NCBI GenBank assembly: GCA_965649765.1
Contig: OZ287748.1
Location: 57,412,001 to 57,476,000 of the forward strand
DNA length: 64,000 bases
Source of the DNA: Bispira polyomma
Lineage: Eukaryota
Direction: 5' to 3'
Shown here: positions 1 to 12,944 of the stretch, in pieces
Position numbering within the stretch: position 1 is the first letter of the stretch
Layout of the letters: each line of letters begins with the position of its first letter
Position numbers and translations under genes: made by a program
Notes under the pieces: generated by a model
Databases searched by the model: none
What the model was told of the DNA's origin: nothing
The model's input: the letters and a program-made list of their open reading frames with translations, nothing else

Positions 1-107
1 AGAACCTTGATCAACTGTATGCAGTGTTTCCTCCAGCGTTTCCAACTACCTGTTCCAATATAACCCTAAACAGGTACCAGAGTGGACGTTAAATATCCAA
101 ATTAAAA
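1..107 (+). mobile_element. 3' half of a tRNA-derived SINE (same family as 10516-10771), cut by the window edge
   Basis: Near-identical to 10659-10770, including the GTGGACGTTAAATATCCAAATT tail. Confidence 0.85.
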
Positions 108-109
108 TC

Positions 110-198
110 CTTTCCCTCACCAGACAAACTCCTCCCACCATGGCTCAAACCGGGGACCTTTCAGATGACCAGACTAACTCCTTAACCAATAGGCCACA
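110..198 (-). mobile_element. tRNA-like SINE head fragment
   Basis: Reverse strand reads GTGGCCTATTGGTTAAGG (A box-like) ... GGTTTGAGCC (B box-like). Confidence 0.55.
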
Positions 199-2067
199 GT
201 AGATATACACGTTAACTAGTTCTATGTTAAGGTGTTATAAATGAATTTATTCAAAATTTAAATATAAAATTACATCCAAAATTAGATTTATTTTGTTGGG
301 GAAGACTTGAACATGTAGTACTAAAAAGTAAATATATATCCATGAACAAACACTGATTAAATAAAAATAATAAAAAAATTTAAGACGAATGAAGACTACG
401 CCAAGTGCAAGACTAAGACCCCCAAACAACAAAAGCCGGGAAATAAAACGTCGAACCCCTCTTTTCTCTTATAATAAGGGTATTTAGGAATTTACCAAGA
501 AAAATCCCCCCAAATCCCTGGTCTTAGTCTCTTTGCGTGTGTGGTGTGTGTGGGGTGTATATATTGGGAAGAGCGGGTACTGGGGGCTGATTCAGTGCAG
601 ATAACACCGACAGCAAGAAAAGGGACTACTTGGAATGATTGAAAATAAAAGAGAAAGAAATGTTCAAATTAAGCTGCAGTTATGGTAAATAGATCCCTTA
701 GATTTGGCTAGTTTATCAAGTCAATATTAGTGTAATAATGGTTGCTTTACTGTTTAAATGATGCCTTATGACATTGGTTGTGCAAAAGTGTAAATATTCT
801 AGCACACAAACAGATCAAAAAATGGATTGGTTTACTAAAGTTGTTGGGAAACTGAAGAACAGAGGAAAAACAATGCAGTAGATTTTATTACTGTTGGGTT
901 TATTTTTTGAATGTCAACATTTTGGATTGTGAGCAGGTAAGAAAACCAAAAAAAAAAACAAAAAAAACTGGTTCTAAGTTAATTGTCTTCTGCTAAGACG
1001 TGTCTATTTATGTCCACACATCATTGATCAAAGAGTGTAAATATAAAAGAAAAGCGCGGGAACACACAGATGGGCGATAATTGGAGATATTTCTTCCTTG
1101 TGTGTAAGTGTGTGTCGTCTGGTTCCCAAAGGTAGCTTCACTTTTATAGAGAGAAATTGCTGGAACGCCTGAGGGAGGATCAGATAAATGAGGTTGGTGG
1201 TCACCCTTGTCCCCTCTCCCCTCCTCCCATATCATTCCTACCCATATTTCAGCAGGGTGTTTTCTAGTTATGTCTCCTAGTCGTTCTTCTGTATATATAA
1301 TGTTTACAGTGGGGAGGTAAACTATAGAACATGTGTGTATGTGCAGATGACTTGTTTGTGTTTGCTAAACTAGACATGTCTTTTCTTACTAATGTCAAGC
1401 AGCTGCACTTTCCTTATATAATCTGCCGATATTAATATGGCATGGGAATTTAATCAGCTGCTAAGTGCTTTTTAGTGTGGAAGGTTGTAGTTATGTTATA
1501 GATCTGTATAAAATATTAATACTTCAAACCAAAAGAAATAAAAAAGATATATATAGGTCTGACGATGAATGATTGAGCCGGGTTATGCTTTTTATGAAGT
1601 TTAAATTTTATGGTTGAACAACAAAATAAAATAAACCTACTTTGGAAAATTTTAATGAAGTGTTGCTTGAAAAAAAAAGTAACTGATTTAATGGTAGTGT
1701 TGTGATGCATATCAATGAACAAAGGAGGATTATCTGTAAAAATAGTCAACATCTCAGGTTGGTTGTATTGGTTGTTAAAATATAAAAATATGTTTAACGA
1801 AGAATCGATATATAAATATGTGATTGTATGTATGTATGAATATATGTTTGAATATGAAACTGATTTGTATACTGCAACATTAACCCCCCCCCCCCCCCCC
1901 CCAGCTTAAAGTATTATAGATTGTGGTATTGTATGTGAGCACGGTTTACAATGGATTTAATTAAGAAAACAGACCATAGAAGAGCTACTATACTCGCTAA
2001 ATTATTTTTCAAAAATTCTAATTTGTCAAATATTTTTTAACATTCAAAATTCTTTTCTAATTCATTC

Positions 2068-2237
2068 NNNNNNNNNNNNNNNNNNNNNNNNNNNNNNNNN
2101 NNNNNNNNNNNNNNNNNNNNNNNNNNNNNNNNNNNNNNNNNNNNNNNNNNNNNNNNNNNNNNNNNNNNNNNNNNNNNNNNNNNNNNNNNNNNNNNNNNNN
2201 NNNNNNNNNNNNNNNNNNNNNNNNNNNNNNNNNNNNN
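2068..2237. other. assembly gap (170 N)
   Basis: Run of N. Confidence 1.
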
Positions 2238-2685
2238 CTTCGTATAGCCTGGATTATATACACGATTAAAACCTATCTCTTCAAACTCGGCTACCTGTCT
2301 TAGTTCTCTCCCTGTACACCCCCCCCACATCCTTCCTTTTTACCTTCGCTATATTTTTGGAATTCTCTGTCAGTTGACTGATTCTGATATTGTGCTTTAG
2401 AAGATCCCTCGCATCAATAAGGTGTGTTAAAAATCCTATATCAAATACAATACAATAAAATATCACAATCTGACAAAGAAAGACTAGAAAGACATCTCGC
2501 AAATATTTAGGACTTTGCATGAAGAGAAATAGATAGTGAAAAATAGGCTAGAAATGGGGACCCTTTTAATAACTGTGACAGCGACATTGTTTTGACAAAG
2601 GCCAAAATCCGATGAATATGACCTTTGTCTTTTTAGAGTTCAGGGTCAAACAACCATATCTAGGTGTGCCCCCATGTAGGTAATC

Positions 2686-3010
2686 CCCCGTGATCTAGTG
2701 GTTATAGGTCGTTGGTCTGATGATCAGAAGGTTCCTGGTTCTATCCCCGGTACCAACTGCTAGTTTTATTTGGTGGGATAACATTCTTAAAAATGATGTG
2801 AACACAAGTTTGCCTAGTGGCTCTCATAACCACTTAAAAATGGCAGTCATCTGTCACTGAGTACTATCTCCAGCGGCAGATTAAAGATCCTTCGGGATGT
2901 TAATACATGGTCATCCTCAAGCAAGCCCCGATGCCCATAGCGGCTACCCATGAAGAAGCACATTTGAAATGACTGCTGTATAAGTGTGCTATAACAAATG
3001 TCCTATTTAA
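2686..3010 (+). mobile_element. tRNA-derived SINE with L2-like 3' tail
   Basis: A box-like TGATCTAGTGG, B box-like GGTTCTATCCC, tail AAGTGTGCTATAACAAATG; colinear with 7012-7345. Confidence 0.75.
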
Positions 3011-3596
3011 TAATCATTTTATACTAAATCGTCACTTTGACATCAGATTTACATTCCACAATTTTCAAGATGAGGCAAGAATCAAGTACTCTATCAATGA
3101 TGTACTGGTATACTCCTAAAAGCAGCAAAGATACTAAAAAATGTTTAACTAAAATATACCACTGTATATGAAAAATCACTATCAGCACAACAGTTCCAAT
3201 GTCACTACACTTCACAGAAATCCAAAGAAGACTTTCACAACCAAAACCACAGCCGTGTTTTTGTGTTCATTTGAGAGAGCATTTTCTGCACAGCACACAG
3301 AGAGGGGGTACCATTTTTAGGGTCTCTGCCGGAACTTCTTTTAAGTGATGTATTAGCCAGAGTACACGTGATACATCAGGTGTCTGGCTTTCATTTCTTT
3401 AAGGGGGAAAGCCTGATCTTTAAACTCTTGGTCATTGAACTTGTCAAAGTAAAAAAGTCCAAGGGTTTCTTTTATTGCTAATAAGAAGTAGGAACCAGTG
3501 GTATTCTTTGCAATTTCTTGCTTCCTTCAAAGAGGTCAAGTTGTCTCTCGGTTCTGTTCTGTGTTTGTTCATCACCAGGATTATGTGTGCGTGTGA

Positions 3597-3903
3597 AGGT
3601 TTATAGTCTGATATCACCTCTATTGAGGTATCATCTGACTTTACAGTTTTACACCCCCAGCCTGGGTCCTTCCACTTGTCAACTGATTGTTTAGTCTCAG
3701 CTCCCTCAGAAAGCATGCTGCCACATATGGCGCACAAAGACTAACATTCATTAGCGGGGGCCAGGTACTCATTTATACACCTGGGTAGAGAGGGACAACT
3801 TTGTGTAAAACACCTTGTCCAAGGGTACAATCTCCATGCCTGCAGCAAGGAAAGAACCTGGGTCCCTTAGATCCAAAGTCAGTCACTCTAACCACTAGGC
3901 CAC
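3597..3903 (-). mobile_element. tRNA-derived SINE with CORE-like central domain
   Basis: Minus strand GTGGCCTAGTGGTTAGAG...CAGGTTC...CCCTTGGACAAGG...CCCAGGTGTATAAATGAGTACC. Confidence 0.75.
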
Positions 3904-4080
3904 ATAGACCACACTACTCCACTGATTTACATGAAATTTGGTTGAGGAATGGCGTGGAATGCATCTAGGAAAAGAAAACATTCATTAAATTTTGGAACAG
4001 ATCCGGATAGAATGGGGGATCTATGTTTTTTTCCCACGTTTTGGGCATTCTGGCACCTCGGCAAAGGTATGTGCTCTACT

Positions 4081-4225
4081 GAGTTGGCAGTAGACATGCT
4101 GAAGGTTGGTGGTTTTCAATGCAGAAAACCTTGACCAACTACCCTGTTTTGCTTTCCTCCTTTAACAAACTGTCTGTCACGATAGAATATACAGTTGTTA
4201 AAGTGATGTTTAACCCCAAAATAAA
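4081..4225 (+). mobile_element. SINE 3' fragment (Meta-like family related to 10516-10771)
   Basis: GCAGAAAACCTTGACCAACT...TTTCCTCC...TTTAACCCCAAA; shared with 8890-9112. Confidence 0.6.
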
Positions 4226-7011
4226 ATAAATCTCTACTATTGTAATAGCAGAGATAATAATTAATTAAAAAGGAGTATTCAACTGATTTTTGGTAAACAG
4301 CAGTTTATTATGATACCAAAGACAATATTGCCAGTTTGAGATTATACCATTTCTTTTAGGAATAATCCTCACAAATCCATCTTCTATAAAACAGGAATCA
4401 TTTCTATAGTACTAGGGTTTTGAGGGGCATTTAAAAATTAGGTATGACCAAAACTGAAAGAAAGTGAATTTGTTGAACAAATATTAGGGTTTCTTTCCCC
4501 AGTGTCCGCATTACCTAAAATAACAATAATATTAATAGGCAATAATAATACGCCCACACATAAGTCACCAGAACTCACTAAAATGATAAGGCGGCCATCT
4601 TGTTTTATTGTTAGTGAATACAAAAAGTACAGACTAAACTGTAAAAATGCAGGTTAATGCATTCAAGATTTAGATGTGTATTTTTGCAGTTATGACGTAG
4701 TCGTGACATTGTTGCCATTTATTGCACCACTGTAACTGAAAACTTCTTCAAAACAAAACCCAAATCCATAAACTGTAGAAAAAAAAATAAATCTAGCTAC
4801 TTTTTGAGACTAATAAGTATTATTTTTATGTTTTATGTTTTTTAAGTCTTACTGCCAAACATTTTCTTTAATTCAAATTCATGCTCTAGTAAACAGTCAA
4901 TATAGTATTTATCACTATGTATGTCATGTTAAGATAGTTTAGAATATAGAGTTATTTAGACACACATAATGTATATAGTTTTTATATTCTCTAATTTCAC
5001 TGTATATAATGTATCATATAATAACCTAGTACAAAAATAGAAATATGTATATAATTTTTGTACATGCATTCTTTAGTACATAAAGAAAATAAAGAAAAAC
5101 AAATACATATATAGTTAAACTACAGTACTATGAAAACAAGAATAAATAAGGAATACACTTAAATACATAACAATACTATCACAATTCTACATTTTCTATC
5201 TATTTACATTAATGAGCCTCTTCATGTTTGATCAAATTTCTTTAAATGTGTCTCCCCTTCCCTTTTCTTTATATACAAAATATTCGTTTTGGTAGATATG
5301 TTCTTTTTTAGGGTATTTTTAGGGGAAGTTAATGTTTAGTTGTTTAGAGCACATGAGAAAATACAATGTTTAGTTGCTATTATAATAAGGTTAATTGGAA
5401 GGAATTTATTTCCATCATTGACACACAAATAATATTTTGGGTATAGGGCGTGTACACAGTTTTGGCATATTACACTGACATCAAATCCCCTGTGTTTATG
5501 GGGAGTAATTGTCGTCTGCTGATATCACCCATCTCCCCGCCATGTGTGTTTGTGTGTGATAAGAGCCTCCTATTGCCTTTTACTCAGAATTCAAAGGTAA
5601 GTGCCTGTACCCATCCCCCCTCCTCCCTCCCATCCCCCCAAAATCAGCGGTCAATAATGACCTAGAATCAGGGAAACCAGTGTAAAAAGATTGGATCCAG
5701 CACATAAGCACAACATCATTAAGCTTACTCAAGCAGACGACAAATAGCCACATGGCGAGTAACTGTAGTGGAGCAATTACCTTGGGTGATAATGAAATTA
5801 GTTGTAGTAAAACAATTAATGGGCGATAAAGGGATAACCATGATGGTTTAAGCGAATAATTCCTTACCCTTGCTGCAATCTACTTAGTTGTACAATTTAT
5901 TAACAAACACGGCTTGTTAGCTCAGACAAGGCACATTGACATTTGGGAGGGGTGGGGGGCAGATGATTCTAGTTTAAATATAAGCTTCCTTGCCTTAAAA
6001 CATGGACACCTTTATTCTCCAAATAACTTCTAACTCAAAACTCAACTAAAGACTAATTAGAACTCCCTTTACATACGAAAGTGGCTAATACTTGTAACCA
6101 TTCCATTTAAAAGAACTTTCAACACCGAATTCAAGTATGCAGTCAGATTGTACTCAACTGCTCTCATGTGAGATATAAATGGACCTTATCAGGTTTAAGC
6201 TGAAGTCTGAGATGACCTGGAGATGTTTGAAGAATGCCACCACTGGTATTAAAGTTTTATGTTGTTTTTTGTTAAGGTCATCTTTTTGAATTATTCTATC
6301 ATGCAGTATCAAAATGCTTTAAAAGTATATACAAAACTATGTTTAGGCTGCATATGTGATGCAAAGGGTCAGAAATTGCACTTAAAACAACTTGTGTGTA
6401 TAGTAGTAACCAAGTTAGACAAAAAACCTCAGATAAATGAACTTGGTAATAAATGTATTTGTCTTAAAATAAGATTTGTGACTGGATCATTGGCAAATAC
6501 TTAAAAACACATTCATTACATCCGGAAAAATATTACTGATGAGATTATAGAGATTTTTACACAGTATTTTTCTTCGTCAGTAAAAGTTTTTCCAAGATAA
6601 AAAATGAGTGAGTCAAAATGAGAGAAAATGGATGTAAGACAAGTAGCATACAGATGAAATACAGCCCCAAAGAGATGCATCATGTGATTTAATGACGTCA
6701 TTGGAAAAGATCAATCAAACCAAATTGTTTCTTTTGGGTTTTAAAAATAGCCCTGTGAATATGTTAACTGTAAAAAAGAATGTGTTGTCTTTCTTTTGGT
6801 GGTTTGATGTTAGTGTGCCCTGTGAAAACCATATGGATATGTTGGCTGTAAAAAAGAATGTGATGTTTAATATAAATTAACTCACAAATCCTAGAAATTA
6901 CTCATATGCATACTGCAAACTATAACCTGACTAAGATATATAAAGGAGTATAACTGCTAGGTGGAACATTTGATAGATTTGTTTTTCTCTTAGAAAACAG
7001 TTAACAGGTGC

Positions 7012-7345
7012 TCTCCCATGGTTTAATGGTTACAGAGTTGGTCTGGTGATGTGGTCAGAAGCTCCGGAGTTTTGAATCCTGGATTATCAACCAATAGTTT
7101 TATTTGATGGGAAAACATCCTTAGAAAAGATTTAAACACATGTTTGCCCAGTGGCTTGGATGACCACTTAAAATAGTGGTTCTTTGGCACTGAGTTCGTT
7201 CTCCAGTGGCAGGCTAAAGATCTTTGGGGGACGTTGATAAATTGTCATCTTTAAGCTTTGGTGACGATAGTAGTTGCCCATGAGGTAGCACATTTCAAAT
7301 GACCCTATATGGTGTATAATTGCACTATAACATATATCATCTGTT
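7012..7345 (+). mobile_element. tRNA-derived SINE, second copy of the 2686-3010 family
   Basis: Colinear matches: TAGTTTTATTTG, ACCACTTAAAA, CTCCAG.GGCAG..TAAAGATC, CCCATGA...AGCACATTT. Confidence 0.75.
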
Positions 7346-8889
7346 ATATAATGTTAAACAGGTCTTACACCTTTGGGAGCTAGGAACAGAGTTTAATACC
7401 AAGTTAATTCGGTGAAGCTCATGATATATCTCTTGATCACTGTTAGGTAACTGTGCGCAACTCATGGCAACTTGTTTATAATCTTGTCAGCTTGTGGTGG
7501 GTTGAAAAGATTTTGAGAACTGTTTTTGCGAACTCTTGATAACTCAAGCATGTATTTAAGCACAAGAGCCAAACCAATCCAAGCTTAACACTAAGCATGT
7601 TAGAAGTCATGCAGAGTCTAACCAGATCCATCCAGAGTTGACACGAGTTTGACAGGAGCTACCCAGAGTTAGTATGAGCTAAGCAAGACCTACACAGGGT
7701 AAAGGCGTCCCTGTTAAGTTCATGCACGACTCATCATAGAAACAAAGTTATAACCGAGAGTTAGAAGTCAGGCTTAGTCAGGCTAACTCAGCATATAGCA
7801 CTGTCAAACCCTGCTTTGTGTGTGAGAGTAGGTAAAACCCTATATACCAAGACATGGATTTTACAACATGCTATGAAGATTTGTAGGAAGGGTTATGAGG
7901 GCAGAACAAACATTGGCCATATCTGTGGAGTACTCCATAACTCGATCAATTAACTCCTCAACTCTAGCTATATGTGTTACTGGGATTAATAATGGATTTG
8001 TGGTTATTGACAAGCCAAAGGGGTTTATTTGTCCTGAACAAGATCCCTGTGTGTATTTTTACTGTTTAACATCTTAAAGATTATTTGTCTAGCATTTGGT
8101 CCCTGCATCATTAATGAGTGTCAAAACAAACTAGACCTAGAACAGAAAAAAAAGACTTTTATTCTTACGTTGTTGATTTTTGCTGAACAGCCCTGTACCC
8201 CCGATATTTGATAAATATAGCAATATATATGTTATGCTAACTATTTAATTATGTAATAATCTTTGTGATAAAATCTATGCTAAATAATTGAGCTGAGGTC
8301 AGTACAGCAGAAATTACAGCTAGGTTCATTTTTAGTACTTATAGTTGACCTGCTCATAAATAAGCAATATGCAAGCAAAACTTTTTGTAAAATGGTAGAC
8401 CCAGGTAACCCATGGCTAATAATCCATACTTGTGTTTCACAACATTCCACCAATTTAAGAAACATTCACACTGCTTTTCATAAAGAAAATGCACCAGGAC
8501 ACTTTTTTTTTGTTTGGGTCATTGTGTGTCTGTACATTGTTTTGTTTTTTGCATTAAACATTCATCCTACCTCTCTTGACGATGTATTGTTTTTACAAAA
8601 TGAGACAAGCAATATCTCCATTTAAATTTATGTAAAATATTGATTACTCTGACACATTTTGTAATTAGATACAAACGTGTTAACGAGTACACATCAAAAT
8701 TACTTCAGAATGATCAACGTCTCATACTCTAATGAAATACAAAGGATCATTACATCACAAAAGAGATAGACGGTGAGATCCCCTGTTATATATCAGTAGT
8801 TTCTACTGATTAACCATCCTAAAATAACCATGGTTAAGTATTAATCTAACAAATATGATTGCAGAAGAAAGTGTCATACGAATCACTAA

Positions 8890-9112
8890 AAGGGCACTAG
8901 AGTGTAAAGCCCTTTTACGTCCACACTCGATCCCTAGCACTGCAGGCGTCTCGGCACTGGCATGCTTATGGGACAGGGTTGGCAGTAGACTTGCTGAAGT
9001 CCACTGCTTAACAATGGGGGAAAACCTTGACCAACTATACCCTGTACTGCTACCCTCCACCAATAAACTGCCTGTTGTATAATACTCGGTTGTTGAAAGT
9101 AACAATAAAAAA
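8890..9112 (+). mobile_element. degenerate Meta-like SINE
   Basis: GTTGGCAGTAGAC.TGCTGAAG...AAAACCTTGACCAACTA...CCTCCACCAATAAACTG shared with 4081-4225. Confidence 0.6.
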
Positions 9113-10515
9113 ACACTTTAATGTAAGTAACAAATCAAAAAAGCTAAATCATGCATGACTGTTCTCTAAGGTTAAAAAGATAGGATATTTTGTGATGTAA
9201 AATTCTATATCTAGATATAGGGGAAAAATATTTAAACTGACTAGAGATATCTGTGTAAAATGTAGAAGAAAAATTTCAATAAAAACATTACCAGAATAAT
9301 TATCCCAGAGTAAAAAAAAACAATCAATTTTGATGCAAAGTGCACAGATGTTGATACTGCTGGTTCCCATTCTGACCTGATGCTCAGTTAAGCCTTCGGT
9401 GCTGATGTGGTATAAAGTTTCAGGTTTGGTAATTTACCAATTTAGAAGTGCCAAAAAGGATAGTTAGGGCTTCATGTGTTGTTAAAATCAACTCTAAACT
9501 GTGTATATTTCCTGTATATAAAAAGGGAAATTGTTTGTAATCATGTTGTTAGTGGCAAATAGAAGAAAAGAATAACAAATGAAAAGATTCTGTTTTTTAT
9601 ATTTTGTTGTAAAACAGTCACCATAAAATAAACAGTATACTATATGTTTAAGTTTAAAATAATTGTTTTAGTGAAGACAGCAATAACCAGATTTATGTCA
9701 TGGATTTAGAAAATCAGTACAACAAGAGAGTCTAATACAGCTGAACTACATTAAAGACACACTGAGGTCATTATACTGCTGATAGGATTTCTATGCTGAC
9801 CCTGAATAAACTGTCCCAACATTCGGTTGGTATCGATATCTGAAAGATGATAGATTTTTGTGGGGCTATTTTCCAGTAAAAAGGCTTATGGTTGAGGGAA
9901 CTGGATTGGATTATGTGTAAGCTGATAGTGAGATTAGAAAGGGGAGATGGTTTGGGGGCAGTCAAGGTTGTAGGAATGGGATATGTTAGTGAAAAACACT
10001 GAGTCATAGGTAAAAAATCTGAAAAGAAAAGATTTTAAGACTTAAATTGAGTTAAATGTGAACACTATGATATGTTTAGTCTGTTACAAGACTTTTCTTT
10101 GCAAAATAAAACTATTGTTCCATAACTATGGGAACTGTATTTGCAGAGTATATTTAATACTTAACTAAATCTGTATGTAATCTATAGTATCAACTTGTTT
10201 TTCCATTGAAAAGTGTCTCATTTTTACAGTAGAAGTATTGCATTAACATATTTTACCTCATCCGATGACTATGACATTGTTCTTTCATCGAGGTAACAAA
10301 AATTGCCTTTATGGAATCTGCTCAAGATGGCACGTGCAGCTGTTGTCCTCCACAGAATGAATCTTATCTGTTACACCATTCATTTTCTGCCATATTGGAC
10401 TTATAAAAAAACAATAGAAAGTTTTACATTTCTATACCATTCTTTATAAAGAAGACCTAATTTAATATAATCACAATGATATTATGTTGCTTTAATGAGT
10501 GATGTCAATTGTAAC

Positions 10516-10771
10516 GGGGCCGAGGTGGCCTAGTGGTTAGCAAGCATTGCGCTTCACAATCACTGGTCTCTCACCTCTGGGCGGCGTGAGTTCGAATCCC
10601 GCCGATGCCTATGTGGAAAAGGTGGTAGTTCCTTACTGTGGGCCGCTGGTTTCTCTGCAGAACCTTGACCGACTGTATGCAGTGTTTCCTCCAGCGTTTC
10701 CAACTACCTGTCCCAATATAACCTACTAAAAGGTACTAGAGTGGACGTTAAATATCCAAATTCAAATTCAC
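10516..10771 (+). mobile_element. full-length tRNA-derived SINE with 7-bp target-site duplication
   Basis: A box TGGCCTAGTGG, B box GTTCGAATCC, (CAAATT)n tail; TTGTAAC at 10509-10515 and 10772-10778. Confidence 0.9.
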
Positions 10772-11040
10772 TTGTAACAATGTAGAATTGCTGCCCACAA
10801 TTCTACTCAGATATGTTGCCGTGCATTATTGATGGATATAATGCACAATGGCATATTTGTGAGATGTCAGGCAATGTTTATTATATGTTATTTGCCAAAC
10901 CCATATTTCCCCATCTCATGCGGAATATCTCTTTCTGGAGCACAGTTTTCATGGTCAATTTAAAATTTATCTCTGTGTAAAGTATGTAGTATTTGTAATT
11001 ATATTAACTGTATTGATATTGATTTGCCCCTTCTTGACAA

Positions 11041-11292
11041 AAACCTATCCAGGCTCTTCTGTTAAAGCCTCTGTAAACTGGGAGTGTTGACGTATGTCAC
11101 AGCAAGGATACCAAATCCCGGTGTCCACCCCTTGTTAACCAAACCTGCACAGGCTCTTCTGCTAAAGCCTCTGTAAACTGAGAGTGTTGACGTATGTCAC
11201 AGCAAGGATACCAAAATCCTGTGTCCACTCCTTGTTAACCAAAAACCAATCCATGCTCTTCTGTTAGAGTCTCAGTAAACTGGGAGTGTTGA
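11041..11292. repeat. tandem repeat, 100-bp unit x ~2.5
   Basis: AAACC..CAGGCTCTTCTG.TAAAGCCTCTGTAAACTG recurs at about 11041, 11141 and 11241. Confidence 0.9.
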
Positions 11293-12944
11293 TTACTTCC
11301 TCTCTTTCCCTCTCCACAGACATAAGTGATTTGTAACCAAAAAACACACACCAAATCTCAATCAACTGTAGATATAAATGATTGAACTCATTTTGCATCA
11401 TACCACTTTACTTGTGAAAATGAAAGTAAGAATCGCGAATTTGCTATAAAACCCTCTGTTTTACAGACCTGTTACTTCGCAAGTTTCTAATAAGATAAGG
11501 ATAAACTTAATCCGACTGGAAAAAAAGGCTCAACCTTTTTAAACAGTTGCATGAATTTGGGACACACAAATGAAGCCTTCAGATGATGAAAGGTACTCGA
11601 GTTAAGTAAGTTATACAGTGGCAAGCCAGTTGTTTCTGATTTGCTCCTAATTGGGTTTGGGTTTCGGCTTTCATCCCAAATAGAGCAGTTGGGGTTTTAT
11701 TGGGTTCTCACTGGGGTTCAAAGGCAATGGGGAGTGTAATATGTTCTAAAGAGGACGGGTTCCTCAATGATAGATTACTAGTTAGTGGCGGGAGCTGTGT
11801 GTGTGTGAGTATGTGTGTGGGCTTATTAATCACCAATGTTTGTCTCTAGTTTATCTGGGAGTCACTTAGATGACTTACAAGGTCAAGGTCATCTGTATAG
11901 GGAGTGGATTTACATAGGTTGCAGACAGTTGGTAGATGAGGATATCGGTTTGTTTTTAAAAAAAGGGGGACTGTAAAGATGTGTTAGGTGATGTGCATGA
12001 ATATTTACATATCATATTGATTTAAACATATATTATTGAACAATTGGCAGGAACAATAATATTATATTCAGCCGCTAGCTTTGATAGTTGTAAAACATGT
12101 TCGTTCAAATACACAAAGTTTAATCTCTTTTGTGATTTGACAATATCGGAGTATTTATTTGATTTTATGAAGTTGGGAGTTAAACTATATGTTTTATGGA
12201 CTTTATGATTGTACTTTTTACTTTAATAACTTTAAGACTAAAACTAAAGGCTATGCTATTTACTTAAATAGAATGTTTTGTTTCCCAGTACAGGTCAACA
12301 GGAATAAAATTACTCTCAGTTAAATTTAAATAAATGACACTCTAAATGAGAGTTTATGGATAAAACACAAGATATAGATGCTTGCATAGCTACAGATCTA
12401 ATGATTTTTCAATATTTGTTTTTTATTGTAGTTCAATGTGTAGGATGTATGATCCAAATAAAAAAGTATCATAAAGACAGAGGGAGCTAGCTCAATGCAA
12501 ATCAGTAGTAGGTAGGCACTTCATCAGTGTGCTGATTTCCATTTTTGTGTACTTTCTTTTCTATAGGAAGAAGTCAGGCCATTAGACAAGAGAGAGAGAG
12601 AGAGAGACAGTGAGCAGTAAAATAAAGGGACAGGGACTAAAGGAATCCATCAGCCCACAGGCCAAGGAGTTTGAAGTCTCAACTTCCAAGAGAGAAACCT
12701 AATCCATGCATGATATATTTATATCTGAGAAATTGTGATATGGAGGAGGGGGAATTCCGGCAAAAATAGAGAGAGAAGAAAAGTAGTACAGTTTTTGTAT
12801 GAAAAACAACAAACAAACCCCTACTATTCCCTATGGACATTTGTGGGTCGTCTGGTGACGCTAAAGGGAATAAGCCAGTTTTAGACTTAAGTACTCGAGC
12901 TATCTAGCGCGTTGCTGGGGAAAACAAGAAACAAATGCCCAGAG

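Noticed and set aside
10516-10600. tRNA gene
   Set aside because: A and B boxes are present but there is no proper cloverleaf; it continues into a SINE body with a tail and target-site duplication.
247-12500. Numerous 60-100 aa ORFs
   Set aside because: Low-complexity or SINE-derived, with no recognisable domains.
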